The position numbers were made by a program, and so were the translations under genes. From assembly GCA_051882495.1 (NCBI GenBank), contig JBJERX010000108.1, positions 16,291 to 80,290 of the forward strand: 64,000 nt of DNA, in the 5' to 3' direction. Shown here piece by piece: positions 18,745 through 29,190 of the stretch. This DNA is from Huintestinicola sp. (lineage in GTDB: Bacteria > Bacillota > Clostridia > Oscillospirales > Ruminococcaceae). Positions within the stretch are counted from its first letter, which is position 1. Each line of letters begins with the position of its first letter. The notes beneath the pieces were generated by a model. That model saw nothing but the letters and a program-made list of their open reading frames with translations, ran no database searches and was not told where the DNA came from.

Positions 18745-18905
18745 ATACTAATAACCATTTAACCTATGGATAAAATACGGCGGCTATAATGCGTCCACTC
18801 TGCGTCAAACTCCCTTGCCGGGCGAAAGCCCGCCTGCGGTCGTTTTTCTTGATAGAACGCATTCTATCCACCGTCTTTATCCATAGAACAAATGGTTATT
18901 AGTAT
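18745..18905. repeat. 161-bp palindromic MITE/REP-like element, copy 2
   Basis: Arms ATACTAATAACCATTT-aac/gtt-CTATGGATAAA; core ctgcgtcaa.ctcccttgccgggc..aagcccgcctgcggtcg shared with copy 1. Confidence 0.85.
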
Positions 18906-18989
18906 TAATCAGTGCTTCCTTAAAACGGGCAGCGTATTTTCTTTTTGTCAGCTATTCTATAAAATTATATAATTACAGGAGGAATCACT

Positions 18990-19739
18990 ATGGAACTTTT
19001 AAAGGATAAGGTAGCTCTCGTTACCGGCGGAACAAGAGGTATCGGTTATTCCATTGTAAAGACATATCTCGAAAACGGTGCGAAGGTCGTTCTCTGCGGC
19101 TCCAGGCAGGAAACTGCCGATAAGGCAGTGGAAAAGCTCAGGGCGGAGAACTCCGCTTATGAGGTGGAGGGCATCGCTCCCGATCTTACAAGCTATGGAT
19201 CCGTTGAGAAGGCTGTAAAGTATGTTTCGGAAAAGTACGGCAGGATCGATATCCTTGTTAACAATGCAGGAATTTCCGCAAATACGCCCCTTTATAGCTA
19301 TGACCCTGCTGATTTTGACAAGCTTATGCTTATCAATGTAAACTCCTGCTTCTATACAATAAGAGCGGCTGCTCCCATTATGAAGGAGCAGGGCGGCGGA
19401 GTTATTATCAATACATCGTCCATGGTATCCATTTACGGACAGCCTGCAGGTGTGGCTTATCCTACATCCAAATTTGCAGTAAACGGACTTACAAAGTCTC
19501 TTGCAAGAGAGCTTGCAAAGGATAACATCAGAGTGAATGCAGTTGCTCCCGGCGTTACAAATACCGACATGGTGGAAGCTCTTCCCGAGCATACAAGGCA
19601 GTACATATGCTCCTCAATTCCTCTCGGCAGGATGGGCGAGCCTCAGGATATAGCAAACGCTTTTCTGTACCTGGCAAGTGATCTGGGTTCCTATGTCACA
19701 GGCGAGATACTTTCTGTTGACGGCTGTGCAAGAGCCTGA
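18990..19739 (+). CDS. Classical SDR oxidoreductase, 3alpha-hydroxysteroid dehydrogenase (BaiA-like) subfamily
   Basis: TGGTRGIG, GSRQET, APDLTS, NNAG, NTSSMVSIYGQP, YPTSK and GEILSVDG resemble recalled gut 3alpha-HSDH sequences. Confidence 0.7.
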   Translation: MELLKDKVALVTGGTRGIGYSIVKTYLENGAKVVLCGSRQETADKAVEKLRAENSAYEVEGIAPDLTSYGSVEKAVKYVSEKYGRIDILVNNAGISANTPLYSYDPADFDKLMLINVNSCFYTIRAAAPIMKEQGGGVIINTSSMVSIYGQPAGVAYPTSKFAVNGLTKSLARELAKDNIRVNAVAPGVTNTDMVEALPEHTRQYICSSIPLGRMGEPQDIANAFLYLASDLGSYVTGEILSVDGCARA

Positions 19740-19761
19740 CGTATAGACTTAGTATAAGATG

Positions 19762-19803
19762 ATAACGGACTGCTGCAGCGTGGGTGCTGCAGCAGTCCGT
19801 TAT
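19762..19803. terminator. Bidirectional terminator between convergent genes
   Basis: 18-bp perfect stem ataacggactgctgcagc/gctgcagcagtccgttat. Confidence 0.7.
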
Positions 19804-20516
19804 TGTCTGCTCACAAAGTTAATATCTGCAGCCTTTGCCTGCTTCATCAGGTCTTTGGTCTGCAGCTTGTATTTCTTATTGTCTTTAATAAAATATGTAC
19901 CGCACTGCCTGAATTCAAAGCTTACATTATGGCTTATGCATTGTTTTCTGATGTCCAGCACCCAGTCATAATGGAGCGGTCTGGCATTAATATCGGATTC
20001 TCCGCCCACAACCACCAGCTCGATGCCGTCAAGATAGCTTTCCATATCTATCCTTTCAAGCAATGGCTGAGCTGTTATGCATTTGTGCTTTATGGGCAGG
20101 TCTTTGAATATGGACAGCTTATAGTCTGCATTTCTTTGGTTCTCTACGGTACAGCATATGACCACATTGTCATAGCCTTCGCCCCAGTCCTCCGGGATAC
20201 AGGCAGAGAATCTGTCTATCCTTTTTGTCAGGAATAAAAAGGTGCAGTCCTTTCTCTCTTTTATCATTTTCCAGCATTCGGGACGCCATTCATCCGCATC
20301 CTCAATAAAGAAATCCGTTGAAAAGCACAGATATACAATGCCCGGCTTCATTTTATAGGAACCGTTTTTCAGCTTATCCACGGGTTTATAAAAATCCTTG
20401 GTTTTAACAATATCGTTTGTGTTGACTCCTCTTTTGCTGTCTCCCTTATGGATATAGCAATGGAGACAGCCTTCACTGCACCTTCTGCAGCCACGCCACG
20501 GATTCCACATTGACAT
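19800..20516 (-). CDS. DUF5131 (phage Gp37/Gp68-like, radical-SAM-related) protein
   Basis: WNPWRGCRRCSEGCLHCY Cys cluster, FLFLTKR, TVENQ, VVVGGES. Confidence 0.85.
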   Translation of the reverse strand: MSMWNPWRGCRRCSEGCLHCYIHKGDSKRGVNTNDIVKTKDFYKPVDKLKNGSYKMKPGIVYLCFSTDFFIEDADEWRPECWKMIKERKDCTFLFLTKRIDRFSACIPEDWGEGYDNVVICCTVENQRNADYKLSIFKDLPIKHKCITAQPLLERIDMESYLDGIELVVVGGESDINARPLHYDWVLDIRKQCISHNVSFEFRQCGTYFIKDNKKYKLQTKDLMKQAKAADINFVSRQ

Positions 20517-20688
20517 AATGCTACCCTCCTCGGAATCCCAATCGGTTTATCTGTTGGTATTGTAGCATATTCTTTTATATGTGTCAATGGAAATGCAGTT
20601 ATCAGTCAGAGCTTTTGCATGGGGCAGGATATGGAGAGCAGAGAAAGACTTCTGCTGCCCTCACACCTTATGTCCTGCTCATGCAATG

Positions 20689-21957
<1,269 letters not shown>

Positions 21958-22086
21958 TTACCTCCGTTTTCGGTTTATTAGTACGTATATTATTTCCGAT
22001 AGCTTATGCTGTTATTCTGTGACTATCATAATAAACAAAAAGTTTATCAAAAATATGTGTTCTATGTGCAAATAGACAAAAATCAC

Positions 22087-22115
22087 TTGTAATGGTTAAG
22101 AATGTATGTTATAAT
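22087..22115 (+). promoter_or_regulatory. Sigma-A-type promoter of the FapA operon
   Basis: TTGTAA-17 bp-TATAAT, followed by a ~145-nt leader. Confidence 0.55.
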
Positions 22116-22260
22116 AAAAACAGAGAAATCATGACGTATTTTTCCGACAGCAGATCACACCCGGAGCCTTTTTCGGGCAGCTCCGTATATGTATCGGGAA
22201 TCCGGGATGGTGCTGCAGCGGATGTAATACGGCAAATACAGAAAAAGGGAGGCAGGCTAA

Positions 22261-23640
22261 ATGGCAGAGAATGAAAAGAAGATCAACGGGGAAGTTGCTG
22301 TTACAGTAAAGTCCGACTACACTGCTGCGTATATCACTATCTATCCTCCGAAGGAAGGCGGCAGGGATATCACATATGATGAGATAATGGATGCTCTTGC
22401 ACTCAAGGCTGTAAGACATGATCTCAAAACGGAGCTTATCCGCGAGTTGGTGGATAAGAAGCTTTACGACAGGGAAATTATGGTTTCCGGTGCTGTTCTT
22501 CCTATAAATGGAACAAACGGTTCTATCAAGTATAATTATGACAAGGAAGTAAGCCTTGCTCCCGTAGAGGATGAGAAGGGCTTCGTTGATTACAAATCCC
22601 TGGGCAGGATCAGGAATATCAATGAGGGTGATGTCATCGCTGAGATCACAAAGCCTACCATGGGTACGGACGGTATTGACGTAAGAGGTGTGCCCATCAA
22701 GGCTGTTCCGGGACACGAGGCTTCCTACAGCGTAGGCGAGCGTACAAAGCTTTCCGATGACGGACTTAAGATATTAGCTGCAGCTGACGGAAATATATGC
22801 TGGAAGGGCGGAGGCTTCTGTGTTGAGACTACGGTAGTCATTAACGGAGACGTTGATGCGTCTGTGGGCAATCTCGATTTTATAGGAGATATCTCCGTTA
22901 AGGGCGAGGTGCTGGAGGGCTTCACTATCATATCGGCAAAGAATATCATTATCAAGGGCAATGCAAACGGTGCGACTCTTAAGGCGGGAGGCAATGTCAG
23001 CGTAAAGTGCGGCATAATCAATTCCAATGTTACCGCTCACGGCAATATCGAGTGTATGTTTGCCGAGCATTCACGGCTTAAGAGTGACTGCTCCGTTAAG
23101 GCACAGAATCTGGTGCTTTGTGATGTTTACTGCGGCGGAGACCTTATTACAAAGGCTCTTAACGGCGGCAAATACACCTGTCTCGGCGCCATCGAAGCAG
23201 GCAGCATCGGTACTAAGAACTATGCTCCCACAGAGGTGATCGCAGGTGATAATGCTGTTCTTAACAAGGAGAAGGAGGAGGCTGTCAAGCGGCTCTCCGA
23301 GCTTGACGTTATGAACGGCAGACTTAATCAGATACTTGAATTCCTGGCCGCAAAGAAGGCTCAGCTCGGCGCTATCCCCGCAGACAAGGTGGATCTTCTC
23401 CGTCAGTCCGCAAGTACGCTGATGGCAAATCAGGAGGAGCAGAAGCGGCTTACCGCAAGGATAGGCGAGATAGATGCCTCACTTTCCCTGAAGCAGAACC
23501 GTGAGGTAAAGGTAAAGGGAACTATCTATCCCGGAACTAAGGTCACTATCAATGACAGTGTTATGAAATTTGACATTGAGACTGTAAGAGTCAGCGTGCA
23601 TCTTGACGAGAACGGAAATATTACAACGGGTCCGCTATAA
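22261..23640 (+). CDS. FapA/DUF342 family protein
   Basis: VDYKSLGRI..GDVIAEI..PTMGTDGIDVRG, VINGDVDASVGNLDFIGDISVKGEVLEGF beta-solenoid, coiled coil, GTIYPGTKVTI. Confidence 0.85.
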   Translation: MAENEKKINGEVAVTVKSDYTAAYITIYPPKEGGRDITYDEIMDALALKAVRHDLKTELIRELVDKKLYDREIMVSGAVLPINGTNGSIKYNYDKEVSLAPVEDEKGFVDYKSLGRIRNINEGDVIAEITKPTMGTDGIDVRGVPIKAVPGHEASYSVGERTKLSDDGLKILAAADGNICWKGGGFCVETTVVINGDVDASVGNLDFIGDISVKGEVLEGFTIISAKNIIIKGNANGATLKAGGNVSVKCGIINSNVTAHGNIECMFAEHSRLKSDCSVKAQNLVLCDVYCGGDLITKALNGGKYTCLGAIEAGSIGTKNYAPTEVIAGDNAVLNKEKEEAVKRLSELDVMNGRLNQILEFLAAKKAQLGAIPADKVDLLRQSASTLMANQEEQKRLTARIGEIDASLSLKQNREVKVKGTIYPGTKVTINDSVMKFDIETVRVSVHLDENGNITTGPL

Positions 23641-23652
23641 TGAGGTGATGAT

Positions 23653-23976
23653 ATGGATGCTGTAAAGGAAAATCCGGTTGTAAAGAAAATGACTGAGGAT
23701 ATTATAAGGATATGCGATCCCTTTCTCATATTCTATGTCTCCGGCAAGACCAACAAAAAGGGTGAGCTTACAGGCTTCAAGCTTTGTGTTGTAACGGATG
23801 ACAGCTACACCCCGGAATCTTTGGAAACAAAGCTTCTGTTGGAAACAGAGTGCGAGATCCCCTGTGATTTTATCGTATATAATGCGTCTGACTGGAATGA
23901 TTATGCTGAGGACGACTGTTCCTTTGCTTATCGTGTGGATAACGGCGGGGTGCTTTTATATGGCAAGAAGCAGTAA
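23653..23976 (+). CDS. Degenerate minimal nucleotidyltransferase (MNT)-fold protein
   Basis: Overall MNT pattern (..CDP.LI.., CVV, IPCDFIVY, SFAY..GVLLY), but GS and DxD catalytic motifs are absent. Confidence 0.65.
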   Translation: MDAVKENPVVKKMTEDIIRICDPFLIFYVSGKTNKKGELTGFKLCVVTDDSYTPESLETKLLLETECEIPCDFIVYNASDWNDYAEDDCSFAYRVDNGGVLLYGKKQ

Positions 23977-24397
23977 TAAAAAGGGTGACAGCAAACGGTA
24001 TTACGACTGGGTATATCATGCGGTGCTGGACAGGATGGCTGCGGAGCGTCTCTGCGATGACCCGAAGCTTTATTATACTGCGGCGTTTCATTGTCAGCAG
24101 TGTATAGAGAAGGCATTGAAGGGCTTCCTCCTTTTCAAGTGCAGGCGGTTATTCGACGGGCACAATCTTACATGGCTCTGCAAGCAGGCTGCTATGATGG
24201 ATGAGAGTTTCGTTCAGTGGATAGATAAAAGTGTTATCCTGAACAGGTATTATATCGAAACAAGGTACCCTGCCGATATACCTCTCAATATTTCCGATGA
24301 TACCATGGTGTCATTGATGTCCATAAGCGGGGATATGCTGGATTTCATCTGTGAAGCTATCAAATTTGATTTCAAAAGCTATCATAAGCACAAGTAA
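23960..24397 (+). CDS. HEPN-domain protein
   Basis: AAFHCQQCIEKALKGFL, GHNLTWL, LNRYYIETRYP; ATG at 23960 overlaps the MNT gene by 17 nt. Confidence 0.85.
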   Translation: MARSSNKKGDSKRYYDWVYHAVLDRMAAERLCDDPKLYYTAAFHCQQCIEKALKGFLLFKCRRLFDGHNLTWLCKQAAMMDESFVQWIDKSVILNRYYIETRYPADIPLNISDDTMVSLMSISGDMLDFICEAIKFDFKSYHKHK

Positions 24398-24411
24398 AGG
24401 ATATATATATT

Positions 24412-25233
24412 ATGATAATAGATTTTCATGTTCATGCCTTTGCAGATGCATTGGCATCGAGAGCTATGGAAAAGCTTATTGCCTGCATAGCGGATTCGGG
24501 TCTGCCCTATCCCGCAGTGAGCTATTCCGACGGCACTGTAAAGGGAGCGTTGGATATGCTTTCGAGAAACGGAATCGACAAGGCGGTGCTGCTTCCTGTG
24601 GCTACAAAGCCCTCTCAGTTTGACACGGTCAATGAGTGGTCACGGGCTGAGGCTGAGAAGGACAGCAGGTTAATTCCCTTCGGAGCGGTCCACCCGGATG
24701 ACGAGAATATCCACGCTCATCTGGAGGAGCTTGTACAAAGGGGATACAAGGGCATTAAGCTCCATCCCGATTATCAGGGCTTCTATGCCGATGAGGAACG
24801 GATGATGCCTATCTACCGCAGATGTGCCGAGCTGGGACTTATTATCGTGTTCCACACGGGTACGGATGCCATGTCTCCCCATGAGATCCACGCTACTCCT
24901 CAGATGATGGCGAGGGTATTTGACAAGGTGGACGGTCTTACCGCGGTGCTTGCTCATATGGGCGGTCTTGACTGCCATGATGATGCTGTTAGGCTCCTTG
25001 CAGGAGGTCCTGCGTATTTCGATACCGCATATATGAACGGTATGTCCCCCGAACGGTTCACGGAGCTTGTAAGGGCATACGGGGCAGACAGAGTCCTCTT
25101 CGCTTCGGACTGTCCGTGGAACGATTCTGCCGATGATCTGGCTCTGGTAAGAGGGTCATTCCTTTCAGGCGATGAAAAGGAAAGGATACTTGGTCTTAAT
25201 GCGGCAGGACTGCTGGGTATACAGGCAGACTGA
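24412..25233 (+). CDS. Amidohydrolase_2-family metal-dependent hydrolase
   Basis: DFHVH, GIKLHPDYQGF, VFHTG, LAHMGG, FASDCPW. Confidence 0.85.
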   Translation: MIIDFHVHAFADALASRAMEKLIACIADSGLPYPAVSYSDGTVKGALDMLSRNGIDKAVLLPVATKPSQFDTVNEWSRAEAEKDSRLIPFGAVHPDDENIHAHLEELVQRGYKGIKLHPDYQGFYADEERMMPIYRRCAELGLIIVFHTGTDAMSPHEIHATPQMMARVFDKVDGLTAVLAHMGGLDCHDDAVRLLAGGPAYFDTAYMNGMSPERFTELVRAYGADRVLFASDCPWNDSADDLALVRGSFLSGDEKERILGLNAAGLLGIQAD

Positions 25234-25388
25234 TTATTTACAAATTAAATATTATTATAAGCAAAAGTGTTACGATAACGTTTTTGATTATGTCTCAGAT
25301 GACTCATTTTTGATGTGATTTGTGCAAAATGTGTTGAATTTGGTCAATTGGTAACAATAATTAGTTACAATTTGGTTAAATTAACATA

Positions 25389-25417
25389 TTGCTAATTTTT
25401 TGCTAAAATGATATAAT
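25389..25417 (+). promoter_or_regulatory. Sigma-A-type promoter of the pilC operon
   Basis: TTGCTA-17 bp-TATAAT with TGn extension. Confidence 0.65.
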
Positions 25418-25509
25418 ATTAGAAGTATCTGAATTATGCTCGTGACTTTGTGAAGGCAGACGCAGGGTGCGGGTGTTCAGGGTTTATTTTTCGGAGGTGT
25501 AGAATATAA

Positions 25510-26700
25510 ATGAAGACTTTTATCTATACGGCAACCGACGTTCAGGGCAATACTGTCAAGAACCAGAAGATGAATGCCGAAGATGTAAACGACTTCCTCG
25601 AGAAAATCCATGAAAAAGGTCTGTTCTGTTCCGAGTATAAGGAGGCAAGGGCAGGTAAACAGAATATGCACAAGTTTACCACCAAGGAACTGGCTTACGA
25701 CTGCCGTCAGTTATCCGCCATGCTTACTTCGGGTCTTACTCTTGTAAAGAGTCTGGACATCATGCAGAAGGAGCAGGAAAAGGAGGGTCCCCGTCAGATC
25801 TATCGTGAGATCTACGAGTCCGTTCAGAAGGGTTCATCCTTCTCAGACGCTCTGAAGGCACAGCACGGTGCATTTCCTAACTTCTACGTATCAATGGTAC
25901 AGGCGGGTGAATCCTCCGGTAACCTGGATATGGTTATGAAGAAAATGGAAGAGCAGTACGCAAACGATGCAAAGCTCACTAATAAGATCAAGAGCTCAAT
26001 GATGTATCCTATCATCCTTGCTATTCTCTGCGTTGCTGTCGTTATCGCACTTTTTACCTTCATCATGCCTACTTTCAAGGATCTGCTCACAGAAGAGGAT
26101 ATGAAGGGCCTTACCGGTGCTCTGTTCGCATTCTCGGATAACCTTAAGGCATATTGGTATATATACATAATGGTCGTATGCGGCCTTGTATTCGCTATCA
26201 AGTACAGCCTCAAGATCCCCGATGTAAGAATGAAGTATGATGAGCTTATCATCAAGATGCCCGCTGTCGGTCCTCTGGTTGTCAAGATTTATACAGCTCG
26301 CTTCGGAAGCACACTCGCTTCACTTTATTCCTCAGGTATCCCCATGGTTGAATGTCTTGCAAAGTCCTCCAACATCCTCAATAACCTCTACATCTCCAAG
26401 AAGTTTGAGACTGTTATTGACGAAGTTAAGCAGGGCGAGGCACTCTCGGTTTCCATCCAGAGAACACAGATATTCGAGTCAATGTTCTGCTCCATCATCT
26501 TCGTAGGTGAGGAGTCGGGTGCTCTCGATACCATCCTTGCTAAGTCTGCTGCCTTCTATCAGGAAGAAGCCGATGAAGCTGTTACACGTCTTGTAGGTCT
26601 CATTGAGCCTGTCATGATCATTATCATGGGTGTTGCAATCGGTACTGTTATCGCAGGTATCCTCCCCGCTATCTACAACTCCATGGGCAACATTTCCTAA
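25510..26700 (+). CDS. pilC: Type IV pilus platform protein (PilC/GspF family)
   Basis: RQLSAMLTSGL, MVQAGESSGNLD, SSMMYP, VGEESGALD, LIEPVMI. Confidence 0.92.
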   Translation: MKTFIYTATDVQGNTVKNQKMNAEDVNDFLEKIHEKGLFCSEYKEARAGKQNMHKFTTKELAYDCRQLSAMLTSGLTLVKSLDIMQKEQEKEGPRQIYREIYESVQKGSSFSDALKAQHGAFPNFYVSMVQAGESSGNLDMVMKKMEEQYANDAKLTNKIKSSMMYPIILAILCVAVVIALFTFIMPTFKDLLTEEDMKGLTGALFAFSDNLKAYWYIYIMVVCGLVFAIKYSLKIPDVRMKYDELIIKMPAVGPLVVKIYTARFGSTLASLYSSGIPMVECLAKSSNILNNLYISKKFETVIDEVKQGEALSVSIQRTQIFESMFCSIIFVGEESGALDTILAKSAAFYQEEADEAVTRLVGLIEPVMIIIMGVAIGTVIAGILPAIYNSMGNIS

Positions 26701-26764
26701 GAGGAACAAAAAAGTATAACCGCAGGATATCCTGCTCAATTAAAAATATAAAGAAATTTGTGAG

Positions 26765-28336
26765 GTGACGAGAATGCTTTCATTTGATATTACAGACAGA
26801 CACGTCCGCATCATCCGCGGAACCGAGGCACGAAACAGAATCAGAGTTTCTTCTGCTTCAACAATCGACCTCGATGAAGGTCTGATCGTAAACGGTCATA
26901 TAAAAGATATTCCCAAAATGGCAACCATGATCAACGATGAGCTCAAGGCGAGAAACATGGCAGACAAGGAGGCAGTTGTTACTATCTCCTCCAACCTTGT
27001 TATCTTCAAGGAGCTTCGTATCCCTAAGGCTAAGACAAATTCCCAGATGCTTACAATGGTAACAAACCAGATGCAGCATACAATGGGTATCGCAGAGGAC
27101 TACTCCATTTCCTACTCCGTTGCCGGTGAGGTTGAGGAGGAGGGCGTTCAGGCTCTTAAGATCCTTGCAACAGCTTGTCCCTTCGAAGTCGTTGACAGCT
27201 TCAGAAAGGTATTCCAGATGCTCAGCATCTCACTTAAGTCTGTAGTTGTTTCCTGTAACGCTATTTCCAGACTTATCCTCAGCGATAAGAAGGTAACTTC
27301 CAAGATGCCTATGCTGGTAGTACAGGTTGACCCCAACTTCGTAAGCCTTAACCTCTATGAGGACAATCAGCTTTCATTCGCACGTTTTGCATCTATCGAC
27401 GCTGTGGACTATGACAACTCCGAGGACTACGTTTTCGAGGCTGTACACGAGAACATTCACAGAATGCTCCAGTTCCACAAGCAGAGAAATCCCGAGAATC
27501 CTATTCAGAACGTTGTATTCTACGGTGATACCTCCGAGTACATCAGACTTACAAACACTCTGGAAAATATGGACGTTTCCACAAGCCTTCTCGGTGTTCC
27601 CAACAACATCGCAGGCTATGAGAACATCGAGTTCCAGTCCTATGCGAATGCCATCGGTGCTATGTTCAGATCCAACAAGGAGAATGAGCGTATCAACCTT
27701 CTGGAAACTGACGCATCCGCAGGTAAGACAAATGCAGGTGCATCCTTCCTTGCTGCTGTAGGTGCAGCATTCGGTATCTCGGCTGTAGTTGTTGCTGCAG
27801 TATGGTTCGGTATGAATGTTATGATCAACGGCAACCAGGCAGAGGTAGCAAAGATCGATGAGTGGATCAACAGTGAAGAAACTCAGACGCTTCTTACAAA
27901 GGTTGATGATACTCAGGCTAAGATCGACAAGGTAAATGCATTCAAGGCTACTCTCCAGCTTGCTAAGGATAACTTCGATACTAAGGTTGACTTCAATGAG
28001 GAGCTCCTTATGGAGATCGCTACCATCGTTTCCGAGAACGGTGCAGAGCTTGACGAATTCACCTTCGGCTCCGGTGAGATCACTATCAAGTGCATCACAG
28101 AAGATGTCCTTGCTGCTGATAAGGTTGCAAGAGCTGTGGATGAGGTTATGCTCAAGGACGACCAGAAGAAGTTTGAAAACCTTATTTACACAGGTTTTAA
28201 GCGTAATGACAATCAGCAGGATGAAGCTTCCGATGTAACCGAATATGAATTTGAAATGACCTTCATGGTTCATCCCAATGAGATAGAGGCTCCTGAGGAA
28301 GAAACTGCAGAAACAGCGGAAGGCGGTGAAGAATAA
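26765..28336 (+). CDS. pilM: PilM-PilN fusion alignment protein
   Basis: N-terminal actin-like domain (LSFDITDR..), then one TM, a coiled coil and a PilN-like domain; follows pilC. Confidence 0.75.
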   Translation: MTRMLSFDITDRHVRIIRGTEARNRIRVSSASTIDLDEGLIVNGHIKDIPKMATMINDELKARNMADKEAVVTISSNLVIFKELRIPKAKTNSQMLTMVTNQMQHTMGIAEDYSISYSVAGEVEEEGVQALKILATACPFEVVDSFRKVFQMLSISLKSVVVSCNAISRLILSDKKVTSKMPMLVVQVDPNFVSLNLYEDNQLSFARFASIDAVDYDNSEDYVFEAVHENIHRMLQFHKQRNPENPIQNVVFYGDTSEYIRLTNTLENMDVSTSLLGVPNNIAGYENIEFQSYANAIGAMFRSNKENERINLLETDASAGKTNAGASFLAAVGAAFGISAVVVAAVWFGMNVMINGNQAEVAKIDEWINSEETQTLLTKVDDTQAKIDKVNAFKATLQLAKDNFDTKVDFNEELLMEIATIVSENGAELDEFTFGSGEITIKCITEDVLAADKVARAVDEVMLKDDQKKFENLIYTGFKRNDNQQDEASDVTEYEFEMTFMVHPNEIEAPEEETAETAEGGEE

Positions 28337-29061
28337 TGAGCATGAAGCTTTCATACAGAGATAAGGTAATTATCATTATTGCTACTGTACTCGTAGTGCT
28401 TATTGCAGGATTCTTCGCTTTCCTTAAGCCTCAGTACGGCAACCTCCAGACATCTAAGGCTCAGCTCACTGCAAAGCAGAGCGAGCAGGCAACTATTCAG
28501 GCAAAGATCGATACACTTACTTCACTTGAAGAAACACTCAAGACAATCATTAAGGACGTTGAGGAGCTTCAGAAGGACTTCGTAAGTGAAAAGGAATACG
28601 GCACAACATATGCTGTAGGCGAATACCTTACAGAGCTTCTGGCAGAGACAGATCTCACTGTAGTAAGCACTACATACACAACAATGAGTTCTGTTCCTCT
28701 TTCTGCTTACTATTACGAGCTTGAACCTGTAGCTTACCAGCTCAAGATGGATTCCGACATCAACAATGAGCTTCCTCCCGAGGTCGGATATGTGTTCAAC
28801 AATACATATCCCTCAGCTCCCCAGGATGTTATGGTCTGCGGAACAACAGTCACCATTGCTTATGAGTGCTCTCCCGATATTACGGAAGTGCTCAAGGCTC
28901 TCAACATCATCTCCGAGCATGATAAGACAATCTACCTCACTACCGCTTCCAGCAAGATCGAATACAGCGAAGAAGACGGCGGCGGAGAAGCTAAGGGCGA
29001 GGGCGAGCTTGTCATTGAGGTTTACGAGATCTATCCTATGGATGTTGATTCCGTAAAGTAA
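28336..29061 (+). CDS. PilO-like alignment protein
   Basis: MKLSYRDK, one N-terminal TM, coiled coil; stop/start overlap with pilMN. Confidence 0.65.
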   Translation: MSMKLSYRDKVIIIIATVLVVLIAGFFAFLKPQYGNLQTSKAQLTAKQSEQATIQAKIDTLTSLEETLKTIIKDVEELQKDFVSEKEYGTTYAVGEYLTELLAETDLTVVSTTYTTMSSVPLSAYYYELEPVAYQLKMDSDINNELPPEVGYVFNNTYPSAPQDVMVCGTTVTIAYECSPDITEVLKALNIISEHDKTIYLTTASSKIEYSEEDGGGEAKGEGELVIEVYEIYPMDVDSVK

Positions 29062-29081
29062 TCTGAACTATAATGCATTAC

Positions 29082-29112
29082 ACCCGAAAAAACAGAATTT
29101 GCTTTTTCGGGT
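29082..29112 (+). terminator. Hairpin between pilO and the minor pilins
   Basis: acccgaaaaa/tttttcgggt inverted repeat; poor U tract. Confidence 0.35.
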
Positions 29113-29190
29113 TGGAATGCTTTATGGAAAACACTACAATGTTAAGGTCAGGTAGATTATTTGTTAAATTATAATGAAAGGCGGTTAATT

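Noticed and set aside
19800-20516. DUF5131 gene as evidence of a prophage
   Set aside because: An isolated gene among housekeeping genes, with no other phage functions nearby.
23960-24397. HEPN as an anti-phage or CRISPR-linked RNase
   Set aside because: No clear RxxxxH motif and no defence-gene context; it is a small MNT-paired HEPN.
25234-25509. c-di-GMP riboswitch ahead of the pil genes (also checked at 35073-35324 and 38202-38737)
   Set aside because: No GEMM-like GGCAAAC..GAAA..GACGCAAAGC or class II core was seen.
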